Assembly: GCA_046299555.1 (NCBI GenBank)
Contig: JBKBHS010000004.1
Location: 120,959-184,958 of the forward strand
DNA length: 64,000 nt
DNA from: Bacteroidia bacterium
GTDB lineage: Bacteria; Bacteroidota; Bacteroidia; JACCXN01
Direction: 5' to 3'
Shown: one piece after another, positions 30,075-40,978 of the stretch
Layout: the number at the start of each line of letters is the position of its first letter
How positions within the stretch are numbered: position 1 is the stretch's first letter
Notes under the pieces: generated by a model
What the model saw: only the letters and a program-made list of their open reading frames with translations
Database searches by the model: none
What the model was told of the DNA's origin: nothing
Position numbers and translations under genes: made by a program

Positions 30075-33000
30075 AATGAGAAATTTTTAATTTGTTCAAA
30101 AGGATTTAACAGGCTAAAATTAAGCATAAATCTCACTTTTTCGCCATAACTCAATTGATTTAAATCACTCGACATACCAAGTGGCATATATATTTCAAAT
30201 ACTTTTGGAATAACTGTAATAGCTACGCCATAGGCCCAAACTAACTGGTCGCTGGTTTGTAACGATGCTGAAGAAATTCCTGCATCGGCATATACTGCCA
30301 ATGGTAGTTTTAATGGCAATGCTGCCTGAATATTGATGGCGCTTAACCAATTACGGTCTGATTGTAATGCGGTTAAATTTTTAAATCCTCCATCGTTTGG
30401 AATAAGCTGATTAGAGAGGCTTCCTTTAAAATCAGTTCTCCCAAGCATGATATGATTAAAAAGATAATCATTATTACCGCTCATTCCGAAATTGTAATAT
30501 CCGTTTCTAGAATTATTGAAAATAAATGAACCGGCAAATAGGCGTACATCAACTCCTTTCTTCTTTTCAGGATATTTAAAAAGTATTTTTGCTTCGCCAA
30601 ACACCTTTGCCATTTCGGTATTTTCATGCACCGTTATTTGAAGGCTATGCGGACGAATGGGATGTTTAGATTTTATTAGGTATTGCGCTTCTCTTACATC
30701 ATATTGTTTAGTTTCTTTTTTGTAATTTGTAAAAATTCTATTAGCATCAAAGGCAGGAACACTTTCATCTTTAGCTATAAAATAATACCTGAAACTTAGT
30801 GATGTACTATAAAAACTTCGGGCATTTTTATTCATTACATCAAATACAATTTCGGGGACTATTTTGGTAAATGTTAGATTATGATTGTTGATATTGCCAT
30901 AACTAAAGTGAGAGGCGCTTATTCCGGGCGATAGGCGTTTGAAATTATTTTGTGGTAAAAAGTTATAATTAATTTTACCTGTACCCGTAAAGGTGTTGGT
31001 ATTGGTGGCATACATAGGAACGAGCACATACTCAAAGCGTTTTTGCGGAATTAAACTATTATAAAAAGCTATTCCAGGCATTACTTTATTGTATTGATTC
31101 CAGCCAACAACCGGAGTGTAAAATATTTGTGTTACTTCCGGGTTTTCAACTTTACCTAACCATTGAAACTGTATTTTTTCAATATTCTTAAACATACCTT
31201 TTGTTCGTATGGTATTGTTTTGTCGGTTTATTTCAGGAATATTTTCATTGGCATCAATTCGTATTTTATCCGGATTCATAAAAAATACATCCACGGTTTT
31301 AGTGCCGGTAAATCCATCGAACCATTCGGTAGCTGAAATTTTATTTTCGTTGTTGATGTAAGAAAGACTAAAAGGAGATGCTATTCCGTTTTTGTTTTTA
31401 ATTTTTACCTTGTAGCAATCGCCTGTAAAGCTATTGCTGCATAATCCTTTTTTTACGGATTTTATTTTGTAGTCAATTTTTTTATTGGTACCAATTATTT
31501 CATCAAAAAACCAGCTTAAATCTTTTCCGCTTTTCTCTTCAAAAATGGCTCTTAAATCTTCGGGTTGAGGATGTTTAAATTTCCATTTTTCGTAATAGGC
31601 TTTCATTATTTCGTCCATTTTTTCTTGTCCCAAATAGGCTTCCAAATAGGTAAATACCAATGCTGATTTACCATACACTATGGCACCATAATTTAATTCT
31701 GAAAACTTTTCGGAAGGAAGTTCAATGGGTTGGTCTTCGTTTTTTCTTGCTTGAAAAAAGTATCCCAATTCAAATTGTGTTAAATGGTTTGAATTGCCTA
31801 AGCCCAAAAAGCCCAATAAACCGGATTGACCTTTGCCTAATATTCCTGCCTTTGGATATTTTGTGTGGATATAACGAGCTTCGTAATATGAGTTTAAACC
31901 TTCGTCCATCCATGGATGTTTGCGCTCGTTGCTGCCTAAAATGCCATAAAACCAATTATGTCCTATTTCGTGCATAATGGTTACTTCTAGTGTAAAAGGA
32001 TCTTCCATAGATGTTATAACCGTAACATTCGGATATTCCATGCCACCTCCTGCATCTAGCAAGCCTTCTACCGCTGTTGCCTGATTGTAAGGGTAATCGC
32101 CTAACCATTTGGAATAATAATAAAGCGCATCATTCATATATTCAATACTATTGCGCCAGGCATTAAAACCATCTTCGCTAAACATGGTATAGGTAGTTAC
32201 TCTTCTGCCACTGTTGGGTAGTTCAACTTCACCTTTTCTTACGTAATATTCGCGACTGCAAAACCATGCAAAATCATGTATATTTTTTTGCTTATAATGA
32301 ATGGTTTTTAATGGCTCTTCTTTTGGGAAATTAAAGAATCCTTTTTCAGGCGACTGTAGGGATTGAGTTATAGCCGCTAAACTATCTAAAAAAGCAATTT
32401 CGGATGCAGTTTGTAAATCGCCTGTAGCTCCTACGCGATAAAAAGCCGGAAGCGTAATTTTTACATCAAAGCTTCCAAACTCTGAATAAAATTCTCCTTG
32501 ATTTAAATAAGTCATTTGGTTCCATCCGTTCTTATCGTAAACCGCAGGCTTTGGGTACCATTGCGAAATCATATAGGATTTATCATCATGTCCTAAACGA
32601 GAAAACTTACCAACAGGAATTTTTACTTTAAAAGGAGTGGTAATGGTAATTTTTTTTCCGGGTAATAAGGAATTATTCAATTTTAATAAAGCAATATCAA
32701 TATAATCTTTATCGTAATCCCAGCGAACGGTTTGGCCATCAACCTTAAAATCTAAACTATCAATATACCCACGTTCTTCTTCTTTTGAATAGTAAAATTC
32801 GGTAGCTCCACCTTCTAATAATTGTTTGGCTAATGCTGTTTGATGGTTTTTATATGCATTAGGCCATAAGTGCATGTATATGCCATGCAAAGTATCAGGA
32901 GAGTTATTGATGTATTCTATGATGATATAGCCATGCAATTCATGTTTTTTATCATCTAATTTTACATCAATTGTATAATTTACTTCCTGTTGAAAGTATT

Positions 33001-33100
33001 CTTTATTTTTTTGCGCAAATGCGAATGCCGAGCTTAAATACAAAAGCCCCGCGAATAAAATGCGAGGCTTATGGATAAATTTCATATCAACGATTTTCAA
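30071..33100 (-). CDS. M1 family metallopeptidase with large C-terminal beta-rich region
   Basis: GGMEYP, HEIGHNWF...WMDEG (HEXXH+E), VYGKS; signal peptide. Confidence 0.9.
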   Translation of the reverse strand: MKIVDMKFIHKPRILFAGLLYLSSAFAFAQKNKEYFQQEVNYTIDVKLDDKKHELHGYIIIEYINNSPDTLHGIYMHLWPNAYKNHQTALAKQLLEGGATEFYYSKEEERGYIDSLDFKVDGQTVRWDYDKDYIDIALLKLNNSLLPGKKITITTPFKVKIPVGKFSRLGHDDKSYMISQWYPKPAVYDKNGWNQMTYLNQGEFYSEFGSFDVKITLPAFYRVGATGDLQTASEIAFLDSLAAITQSLQSPEKGFFNFPKEEPLKTIHYKQKNIHDFAWFCSREYYVRKGEVELPNSGRRVTTYTMFSEDGFNAWRNSIEYMNDALYYYSKWLGDYPYNQATAVEGLLDAGGGMEYPNVTVITSMEDPFTLEVTIMHEIGHNWFYGILGSNERKHPWMDEGLNSYYEARYIHTKYPKAGILGKGQSGLLGFLGLGNSNHLTQFELGYFFQARKNEDQPIELPSEKFSELNYGAIVYGKSALVFTYLEAYLGQEKMDEIMKAYYEKWKFKHPQPEDLRAIFEEKSGKDLSWFFDEIIGTNKKIDYKIKSVKKGLCSNSFTGDCYKVKIKNKNGIASPFSLSYINNENKISATEWFDGFTGTKTVDVFFMNPDKIRIDANENIPEINRQNNTIRTKGMFKNIEKIQFQWLGKVENPEVTQIFYTPVVGWNQYNKVMPGIAFYNSLIPQKRFEYVLVPMYATNTNTFTGTGKINYNFLPQNNFKRLSPGISASHFSYGNINNHNLTFTKIVPEIVFDVMNKNARSFYSTSLSFRYYFIAKDESVPAFDANRIFTNYKKETKQYDVREAQYLIKSKHPIRPHSLQITVHENTEMAKVFGEAKILFKYPEKKKGVDVRLFAGSFIFNNSRNGYYNFGMSGNNDYLFNHIMLGRTDFKGSLSNQLIPNDGGFKNLTALQSDRNWLSAINIQAALPLKLPLAVYADAGISSASLQTSDQLVWAYGVAITVIPKVFEIYMPLGMSSDLNQLSYGEKVRFMLNFSLLNPFEQIKNFSF

Positions 33101-33103
33101 TGT

Positions 33104-34216
33104 TTAAGAACCTTTAAAAATTTCTTCCAGTTTTTGTTCTAATTGAGCCCCTCTTAACCCTTTGGCTATTATTTTACCATCTTTATCTACTAAAACAGTG
33201 TAGGGTACACCTGTAATATTGTATTGTTTAACAACGGAAGAGTTCCAAAATGCCAAATCGCTGATGTGTTTCCAAGTTAAATTATCTTCTTTTATGGCTT
33301 GCTCCCAAGCTGCTTTTTCACGGTCTAACGATACACCTAAAATTTCAAAACCTTTATCTTTATATTTAGCATAGAGTTTAACCACATTTGGGTTTTCCAT
33401 TCTACAAGGTTTGCACCATGATGCCCAAAAATCGATTAACACCACTTTCCCTCTTAATGAAGATAATGAAAGCGGTTCGCCTGATGGGGTATTCATTACA
33501 ATATCAGGGGCTTCTGCTCCAATAGCCAATTTTGAAAGCTCTTTGTATCGCGAAGTAAATGCTTGAACATAACTTGAGTTGGGGTATTTTTCATTTAATC
33601 CATCATGAAGAATTTTGTATATTTCTAAATCGTTTTCAGGATTTAGTTGTTCTATGGCTGCAAGCGAAGCAAAAGAATATTTGTTTTCAGTAATAAATTG
33701 TTTTATGTATTCAATTTGTTCTTTAATGGTTTCATTAAATTCCGATTCTAATTGAGCACCTATTTGTTCTATATTCGGGTCGCCTTGCTTTGACATAAAA
33801 ATTCTTTGTAGCGAATCGCGTTTAACAGACCCTATTTTTAAATATTCATTTAATTTCTGCAGTAATTTAGAATCCTCAGAAGTACCTTCAATAGAATAAT
33901 TTTCTGCCATGTTTGTTGCAGAGGCTTTAATGGTAATATTTTCAATTGTATCCAATATAAGTATGATAAAATTTTGAGGGTTAATTTTTAAACGATAAAA
34001 TCCTTTTTCGGGTAAATTAGTAATTATTTCAAATTCTCCGTTTTTATTAATTTTTGCAGAATCTTTAACAATGGCTTGCGAAAAAGTAAGTTGTTCCAAT
34101 ATTACTGTTTCACCATTGCTATTTTCTAATTTGCCGTTAATAGTTACATTGCCTTTTTTACCGGAGGTGCAGGAAAGGAATATAATAAATAAGTTTATTA
34201 AAATAATTAATCGCAT
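33104..34216 (-). CDS. TlpA-family thiol-disulfide oxidoreductase lipoprotein (DUF4369 + AhpC/TSA)
   Basis: Lipobox FLSC; IDFWASWCKPCRMENP. Confidence 0.9.
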   Translation of the reverse strand: MRLIILINLFIIFLSCTSGKKGNVTINGKLENSNGETVILEQLTFSQAIVKDSAKINKNGEFEIITNLPEKGFYRLKINPQNFIILILDTIENITIKASATNMAENYSIEGTSEDSKLLQKLNEYLKIGSVKRDSLQRIFMSKQGDPNIEQIGAQLESEFNETIKEQIEYIKQFITENKYSFASLAAIEQLNPENDLEIYKILHDGLNEKYPNSSYVQAFTSRYKELSKLAIGAEAPDIVMNTPSGEPLSLSSLRGKVVLIDFWASWCKPCRMENPNVVKLYAKYKDKGFEILGVSLDREKAAWEQAIKEDNLTWKHISDLAFWNSSVVKQYNITGVPYTVLVDKDGKIIAKGLRGAQLEQKLEEIFKGS

Positions 34217-34330
34217 TTGTTTAAAATTAAGAGCCCAAATATACGTAAATTTAATTCCTCAAATAATTATTTAGGATGGTGTAACAGCCTAATTATTCTT
34301 ATTTTTAACAACTTTTAATAAAGTTAAACA

Positions 34331-35296
34331 ATGAATAAATTAATCCAGAAATATAGGGGGATTTTCCGCAAATTTAAGCCGTCTTATGTTTTATATAATT
34401 TATGGAAAATAAATAAGTTAAAACACAATAAAATATTATATAAGAAATATGGAATTGATAAAAGTATTTACAGTTCCCTTTCTCATAAAGATATAAAAAT
34501 ACCTGCTACCGAAATCCCTTGGCTTGATAAATATGATGCAAAAGAAAAATTAGCCGAACACCCTGCAACAAGTACCTTCCCTGAATCTATCCAAAATCAA
34601 TTTCATCAGTGGATTGATAAGGGTTATATCGTTTTAGAAAAATATTTCAGCGAACAACAAGTTGACGAAACATATAAAGAAGTAGAGTCGTTGTTTAAAC
34701 AACAAAAAATTGATTATAACTATACCGGTGGCAGAATAATGGATGCCTTTAGATATTCAGAAAAGGTAAACATCATGATGCGCGATAAAGAGCTTTTGCG
34801 TTTAATTTCGTTTTTATTGGGAAAAGAAACCGATTTATTTCAAACCATTAATTTTTTTGAAGGAAGTCAACAAAACCCTCATTCAGATTTTATTCATATG
34901 AGTACTGAACCTAAAGGATATTTAGTAGGAGTATGGGTTGCTTTAGAAGATATTGATACCGATGCAGGTCCTGTTTATTACTATCCGGGTAGCCACCGTT
35001 TGCCTTATGTGTTTAATGAAGATTTTGAAACCGGAAATACATCTCTTTGGCTTGGAGCTAATAATTACACCAATTATGAGATTAAAATTCAGCAATTAAT
35101 AAAAGAACATAATTTGCAGCCCGTTGAATTTACTGCTAAAAAAGGCGATGTATTAATATGGCATGCCAATTTGATTCATGGTGGTAAAAAAATAAATCGA
35201 AAAGGTGCCACACGAAAAAGTTTGGTAGGACATTATTTCTCAAAAGGTGTTTTATGCTATCATGAAATTACGGAACGTCCTGCTATAATTGAATAA
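34331..35296 (+). CDS. Phytanoyl-CoA dioxygenase (PhyH) family 2OG-Fe(II) oxygenase
   Basis: PHSD (HxD), WVALEDI, YYPGSH, KGDVLIWHANLIHGG. Confidence 0.85.
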   Translation: MNKLIQKYRGIFRKFKPSYVLYNLWKINKLKHNKILYKKYGIDKSIYSSLSHKDIKIPATEIPWLDKYDAKEKLAEHPATSTFPESIQNQFHQWIDKGYIVLEKYFSEQQVDETYKEVESLFKQQKIDYNYTGGRIMDAFRYSEKVNIMMRDKELLRLISFLLGKETDLFQTINFFEGSQQNPHSDFIHMSTEPKGYLVGVWVALEDIDTDAGPVYYYPGSHRLPYVFNEDFETGNTSLWLGANNYTNYEIKIQQLIKEHNLQPVEFTAKKGDVLIWHANLIHGGKKINRKGATRKSLVGHYFSKGVLCYHEITERPAIIE

Positions 35297-35299
35297 TGA

Positions 35300-36619
35300 T
35301 TGATGTCTGAAATTTTACTTCCACTTATTTATTTAATTTTATTTAACTGGCTTATTGTTAAGTTTAAGGTTTTTCATTTGCCTGAACTTGGGTTAAAAGC
35401 CTCCTTGTTTGCTTTTAATCTAAAAATTATATTCGGTTTTATTATCTGGTATATCTACACTTTTTATTATTCTGATAGAGGTACAGGCGACCAGTATCGT
35501 TATTTTGATGATGCTGCCATAATGTTTGAAGCTTTTTTACAAAAACCAATTTATTTTATTGAATTATTCTTTGATAAGGGAAGAGAAAACGAAGAATTAA
35601 AACCATTCTACGAGCGTTTAATGAACTGGGATAAAGAATATAATTATGCTTGGATAATTGATAACAGAACCATTATTCGATTTAATGCCTTAGTACATTT
35701 TTTCTCGTGGGGCAATTTTCATGTGCATACGATTTTCATGAATTTTCTTTCATTTAGCGGTCTATTTTTATTATACAAAAGTCTAATTCGATTTTTTGTT
35801 ACAAAACCTAAATTATTATTCATAGCTGTATTTTTAATGCCAACCGTTTTGTTTTGGGGCTCCGGTGTATTAAAAGAAGGTATCGTGATTTTTGGATTAG
35901 GTTTATTTTGTTATGGTTTCTTTAATTCTTTTAATGAACAATATTTTAATATAAAAACTTTCTTGTTTTTTATTATGGGAATATTGGTATTGGCAAGTAT
36001 TAAAGTATATGTATTACTATGTTTGATACCTGCTGCATTAACTTATTTTATTATAAAAAAACTTCCTGTAAAGCATACTTGGTTGTTCTTTTTTTGTATT
36101 CAAGTAGCATTTGTTTTACTAATATTTAATTTAAAATGGATACATCCTGAGTTAGATATTGTAAATAAATTATGGTTTAAGCGAAACGATTTTATAAATG
36201 TTGCCAACGAATGGGGGGCTAAAAGTACTATAGCACCAATACCATTTGAAAAATCAGCTATGAGTATTATGTTGCATAGTCCTCAAGCAATAATTAATAG
36301 CTTATTTAGACCGCATATTTTGGAGCTAAAATCAATGATGTATTTAATGCCTTTTTTTGAAAATTTATTACTGTTATTACTTGTAATATTGGTGATTTTA
36401 AACTTTAAAAAACCTGATAAGCAAGTGCAGTACTTTAGTATGTTTGCATTGGTTTTTATAGTTTATTTAGCTACTATGATTGGATTAACAACTCCAATTT
36501 TAGGTGCAATTGTAAGATATAAATTGCCTTTAATGCCATTTTTACTTTTAATTCTTTTTCAATGTTTAAACATTGAAAAAATAATTCAAAAATATCCCAT
36601 CATAAATAAATTAATATGA
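35300..36619 (+). CDS. Polytopic membrane protein, possibly GT-C/polysaccharide-related
   Basis: About 10 TM segments; GDQYRYF loop, FWGSGVLKE, GAIVRYK. Confidence 0.6.
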   Translation: MMSEILLPLIYLILFNWLIVKFKVFHLPELGLKASLFAFNLKIIFGFIIWYIYTFYYSDRGTGDQYRYFDDAAIMFEAFLQKPIYFIELFFDKGRENEELKPFYERLMNWDKEYNYAWIIDNRTIIRFNALVHFFSWGNFHVHTIFMNFLSFSGLFLLYKSLIRFFVTKPKLLFIAVFLMPTVLFWGSGVLKEGIVIFGLGLFCYGFFNSFNEQYFNIKTFLFFIMGILVLASIKVYVLLCLIPAALTYFIIKKLPVKHTWLFFFCIQVAFVLLIFNLKWIHPELDIVNKLWFKRNDFINVANEWGAKSTIAPIPFEKSAMSIMLHSPQAIINSLFRPHILELKSMMYLMPFFENLLLLLLVILVILNFKKPDKQVQYFSMFALVFIVYLATMIGLTTPILGAIVRYKLPLMPFLLLILFQCLNIEKIIQKYPIINKLI

Positions 36620-37374
36620 AAAAAATAGTATTTGTTACCGGAGCTACAGCCGGCTTTGGAAAAGCCATTGCTGAAATATTTTCAAAAAATAATTATGATA
36701 TAATTATAAATGGTCGAAGAAAAAATCGCCTTGACGAACTCGAAAAAGAATTGCGTAAAAATGGTGCTGATGTTTTGCAATTACCATTTGATGTAAGAGA
36801 TAAAAATGCTGTAAAACAAGCTGTTGAAAGTTTAACAGGAAAATGGCAAAACATAAATATTTTAGTTAATAATGCCGGATTAGCTCAAGGTCTTAATCTT
36901 ATTCAGGAGGGAGAAATTGAAGATTGGGATACCATGATTGATACCAATGTAAAAGGTTTATTGTATGTATCAAGAGCGGTAATGCCTTTGTTAATTAAAA
37001 CAGGCAATGCACATGTTTTTAATATAGGCTCTATAGCCGGTAAAGAAGTGTATCAAAAAGGAAATGTTTATTGTGCTACCAAACATGCGGTAGATGCTAT
37101 TACCAAAGCCATGCGAATAGATATGCTCGAACATGGCATAAAAGTTACAGGTATTTGCCCGGGCGCAGCAGAAACAGAATTTTCATTGGTGCGCTATAAA
37201 GGCGATGCAGAAAAAGCCAAAAACGTTTACAATGGGTTTACTCCTCTTTATGCACAGGATATTGCGGAAATAGTTTATTTTGCTGCTTCTCGTCCTGCGC
37301 ATGTTTGTATAAACGATATAATTATTACCCCTACAGCACAAGCAAATGCTATGTATATTCATAAAACAATTTAA
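36616..37374 (+). CDS. SDR family oxidoreductase (YdfG-like)
   Basis: TGATAGFG, NNAG, YCATK. Confidence 0.92.
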   Translation: MKKIVFVTGATAGFGKAIAEIFSKNNYDIIINGRRKNRLDELEKELRKNGADVLQLPFDVRDKNAVKQAVESLTGKWQNINILVNNAGLAQGLNLIQEGEIEDWDTMIDTNVKGLLYVSRAVMPLLIKTGNAHVFNIGSIAGKEVYQKGNVYCATKHAVDAITKAMRIDMLEHGIKVTGICPGAAETEFSLVRYKGDAEKAKNVYNGFTPLYAQDIAEIVYFAASRPAHVCINDIIITPTAQANAMYIHKTI

Positions 37375-39012
37375 ATGAAAGAAAATCTTTTTAAGCTCTT
37401 TTACGCTTTAATATTACTTGTTTTTATTACTGCCTGTTCGCAAAAACAGGCAGTAGATATGATGGTGTTAAATGCCAAAATTTATACCGTTGATGATGAA
37501 TTTTCTTTGGCAGAATGCATGATAATTCATGAAGGTAAAATTGTAGCCATTGGAAATTTTAATGAATTGATTAATCACTATGCTCCTAAAATTAAATACG
37601 ATGCAGGTAAGAAATTTATTTATCCGGGTTTTATTGATGCGCATTGCCATTTTATTGGTTTTATTAAAAGTTATGATGAGGTAGCTTTATATGGATTAAA
37701 TTCTTGGGAAGAAACCCTTGATAAGGTGTCTGAATATGCTTCAAAAACAGATAATGAATGGATTATTGGCAGGGGATGGGATCAAAATTTATGGAAAGAT
37801 AAAACGTTTCCCAACAAACAAAAGCTGGATAGCTTGTTTCCGGATAAACCGGTTTTTTTAACCCGTGTTGATGGTCATGCAGCCATTGCCAATCAAAAGG
37901 CATTAGATTTAGCAGGGATTAAATTAGGGCAAAAAATTAATGGCGGAACATTAATTACAGAGAATGGCCAACTAACCGGAGTGCTTATTGATAAAGCCAT
38001 GGATGCCGTTATGGAAGTAATTCCAATGCCTAAGCCTGAAAAATTTGCCGAATTAGCTAAAAAAGCAGAGAATGATTTATTTGCTTTAGGACTTACTTCG
38101 CTTACTGATGCCGGTTTGCGTTATGACGAAATAATGTTGCTTGATTCCCTTCAAAAAGCAGGCGAATTAAATATGCCGGTGTATGCCATGCTTTTACCTG
38201 AACCAAAAAATATTCAATACTTTTTAAATAATGGAATTTACAAAACAGACAAATTGCATGTTCGTTCTTTTAAGTTTTATGCCGATGGTGCATTGGGTTC
38301 AAGAGGAGCTTTAATGTTAGAAGAATATAACGATCAGAAAAATTATAAAGGATTACTTTTAACAAGTGCTGATACTTTAAGATATTATGCCAAACTGCTT
38401 TATGAAAAAGGTTTTCAAATGAATACACATTGCATAGGCGATTCTGCCAATAGATTGGTGTTAGATATTTATGGTGAAGTTTTAAAAGAGTTTAATGATT
38501 ATCGCTGGAGGATAGAACATGCTCAAGTTGTCAATCCAGCCGATTTAGAAAAGTTTAAAAGCTATAGTGTATTGCCTTCGGTGCAGCCTGTTCATGCTAC
38601 CTCAGATATGTATTGGGCAGAAGAAAGACTTGGAAAAGAACGTATCGCGCATGCCTATGCCTATCAATCTTTATTAAAACAAAATGGAATGCTTGTTTAT
38701 GGTAGCGATTTTCCGGTTGAATTTCCAAATCCCATGTTTGGATTTTATGCTGCTGTAAGCAGAAAAGATCAAAATGGATTTCCTAAAGAGAGTTTTAATA
38801 AAAAGGAAGCCTTAAGCAGAGAGCAAGCTTTACGTGCCATGACAATATGGGCAGCCATTGGTAATTTTGAAGAAAATGAAAAAGGTAGTCTTGAAGTAGG
38901 AAAAGATGCAACATTTGTTGTTTTTGATAGAGATTTAATGGAAATTCCGGAAAATCAACTTCATCAACTAAAAGTTGTTAATACATTTATAAAAGGAAAA
39001 AAAGTGTTCTAA
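37375..39012 (+). CDS. Amidohydrolase family 3 (YtcJ-like) lipoprotein
   Basis: Lipobox ITAC; PGFIDAHCH, DGALGSRGA, HCIGD, RIEHAQ, GSDFP. Confidence 0.9.
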   Translation: MKENLFKLFYALILLVFITACSQKQAVDMMVLNAKIYTVDDEFSLAECMIIHEGKIVAIGNFNELINHYAPKIKYDAGKKFIYPGFIDAHCHFIGFIKSYDEVALYGLNSWEETLDKVSEYASKTDNEWIIGRGWDQNLWKDKTFPNKQKLDSLFPDKPVFLTRVDGHAAIANQKALDLAGIKLGQKINGGTLITENGQLTGVLIDKAMDAVMEVIPMPKPEKFAELAKKAENDLFALGLTSLTDAGLRYDEIMLLDSLQKAGELNMPVYAMLLPEPKNIQYFLNNGIYKTDKLHVRSFKFYADGALGSRGALMLEEYNDQKNYKGLLLTSADTLRYYAKLLYEKGFQMNTHCIGDSANRLVLDIYGEVLKEFNDYRWRIEHAQVVNPADLEKFKSYSVLPSVQPVHATSDMYWAEERLGKERIAHAYAYQSLLKQNGMLVYGSDFPVEFPNPMFGFYAAVSRKDQNGFPKESFNKKEALSREQALRAMTIWAAIGNFEENEKGSLEVGKDATFVVFDRDLMEIPENQLHQLKVVNTFIKGKKVF

Positions 39013-39019
39013 TAAGTTT

Positions 39020-39721
39020 GTGTACTTTTGTTTTTGTAAATTCCCCCAGATAGTGCGTTGGATATTACTTGTTTTTATTTTTAGTTCTATAAAACTTGTT
39101 GCTCAGCAAGACCCTTATTATTTTCAATGGGATCCTAAAGTGCTTGAAATGGCCAATACAGCCAAAGATGTAGATTATTTGAGTTCTCAAGAAAAAAAAC
39201 TTATTTATTATACCAATCTGGTTCGTATGAATCCGCAGTTGTTTATTAAAACATACATGCAGTCGTATTTAAAGCAATACGATATTCCCAAAAATTCATG
39301 GTATTGGAAAATGGTAAAAGAAATGAAAAATTTACCACCGGTAAATCCATTATATCCGGATAAATTGCTTTTTGATGTTGCTAAAAAACATGCAAAAGAT
39401 ATGGGAATAAGTGGCAAAAAAGGGCATAGGAATCCAAAAGGAGAATTTTATCAAGATAGAATTGCTGATTTAAAAAAAGAGTTTGTATTTGTTAGAGAGA
39501 ATATTCAATACGGTTATTGGGATCCTTTAGCTATTCTTTGCGATTTATTAATAGATGAGGATGTAAAAACAGGAATTCATCGCAGGTTAATATTAAATCC
39601 TGAGTTAAAATATATTGCAGTTTCAATTCAAGCGCATAAAAAATTTGAGTATAATACCGTAATAGAATATGCAGGTGCAAGAATTGAAAAAATTGAACTG
39701 TTTGGAATTAAAGAACAATAG
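39020..39721 (+). CDS. CAP (SCP-like) domain protein
   Basis: NLVR, AKKHAKDM, GH, ENI, HRRLILNP pattern; true start may be slightly downstream. Confidence 0.75.
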   Translation: MYFCFCKFPQIVRWILLVFIFSSIKLVAQQDPYYFQWDPKVLEMANTAKDVDYLSSQEKKLIYYTNLVRMNPQLFIKTYMQSYLKQYDIPKNSWYWKMVKEMKNLPPVNPLYPDKLLFDVAKKHAKDMGISGKKGHRNPKGEFYQDRIADLKKEFVFVRENIQYGYWDPLAILCDLLIDEDVKTGIHRRLILNPELKYIAVSIQAHKKFEYNTVIEYAGARIEKIELFGIKEQ

Positions 39722-39777
39722 ATAAACTGCTTAAATTTAAAAGCATTCAGTATATTTACTTCCGGGAAAATAATTGT

Positions 39778-40908
39778 ATGAAACAAATTAAATCAATAGG
39801 AATTTTAGGCGGAGGGCAATTAGGGAAAATGTTCCTTCAAAAGGCATATGATTTTAATCTTGATTTTTATGTTTTGGATCCTGATCCCAACTGTTCTTGC
39901 AGTAAAATTTGTAAAAATTTTACAGTAGGTAGTTTTAAAGATTATGATACAGTTTACCAATTCGGGAAACAAGCTGATTTAATTACTATCGAAATTGAAC
40001 ACGTAAATATTGAAGCGCTTGAGCAATTAGAAAAAGAAGGGAAATTAGTATATCCACAGCCATCCGTATTGCGTGTTATTCAGGACAAGGGTTTGCAAAA
40101 AATGTTTTATCTGGAAAATAAAATTCCAACTTCACCTTTTGTTTTAGTAAATAATAGAGCTGAAATTGAAATGCATAAAACAATGCTTCCTGTTATGCAA
40201 AAAATGCGTAAAGGAGGTTATGACGGTAAAGGAGTAAAACCGGTAAAAACAGAAAGCGACATAGCAGAAGCTTTTGATGCACCATCGGTTTTGGAAGCAT
40301 TTACAGATATTGCCATGGAAATTTCAGTAATAGTTGCCCGAAATGCATCCGGTGAAATAAAAACTTTTCCGGTAGTAGAAATGGTGTTTAACCCTGAAGT
40401 GAATTTGGTAGATAATTTACTAAGCCCTGCAAGAATTTCGGATGATATTGAGAGAAAAGCAGAAGAAATTGCTATTACTATTGCCGACAAACTTAAAATT
40501 GTAGGGGTATTAGCTGTTGAAATGTTTTTAACCAAAAACAATGAAATACTGGTAAATGAAATGGCTCCACGTCCACATAACAGTGGGCATCATACTATTG
40601 AAGCCAATTTAACTTCGCAGTACGAGCAGCATTTACGAGCAATTATGAACTGGCCATTAGGAGATACATCCATTGTTAAACCATCGCTAATGTTAAATTT
40701 ATTGGGACACAGAGATTATAATGGTAATGCAATTTTGAGCGGTTTAGATGAGGTATTGAAAATAAGTGGAGTAAAACCACATTGGTATGGTAAAGCCACT
40801 ACAAAACCATTTAGAAAAATGGGGCATATAACTATTTTAGGAGATAGCGTTGAAGATGTGCTTAATAAGGCTGAACAAATTAGAGGTGTATTAAAAGTAA
40901 TTGCTTGA
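39778..40908 (+). CDS. purK: N5-CAIR synthetase
   Basis: GILGGGQLGKM, GGYDGKG, NEMAPRPHNSGH, RKMGH. Confidence 0.97.
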   Translation: MKQIKSIGILGGGQLGKMFLQKAYDFNLDFYVLDPDPNCSCSKICKNFTVGSFKDYDTVYQFGKQADLITIEIEHVNIEALEQLEKEGKLVYPQPSVLRVIQDKGLQKMFYLENKIPTSPFVLVNNRAEIEMHKTMLPVMQKMRKGGYDGKGVKPVKTESDIAEAFDAPSVLEAFTDIAMEISVIVARNASGEIKTFPVVEMVFNPEVNLVDNLLSPARISDDIERKAEEIAITIADKLKIVGVLAVEMFLTKNNEILVNEMAPRPHNSGHHTIEANLTSQYEQHLRAIMNWPLGDTSIVKPSLMLNLLGHRDYNGNAILSGLDEVLKISGVKPHWYGKATTKPFRKMGHITILGDSVEDVLNKAEQIRGVLKVIA

Positions 40909-40978
40909 TTAAAGACAAAGCACATTTAATTTAAGTAAGTTAATTTTTTACTAAATTTCGATTTTATAAAATCATACT

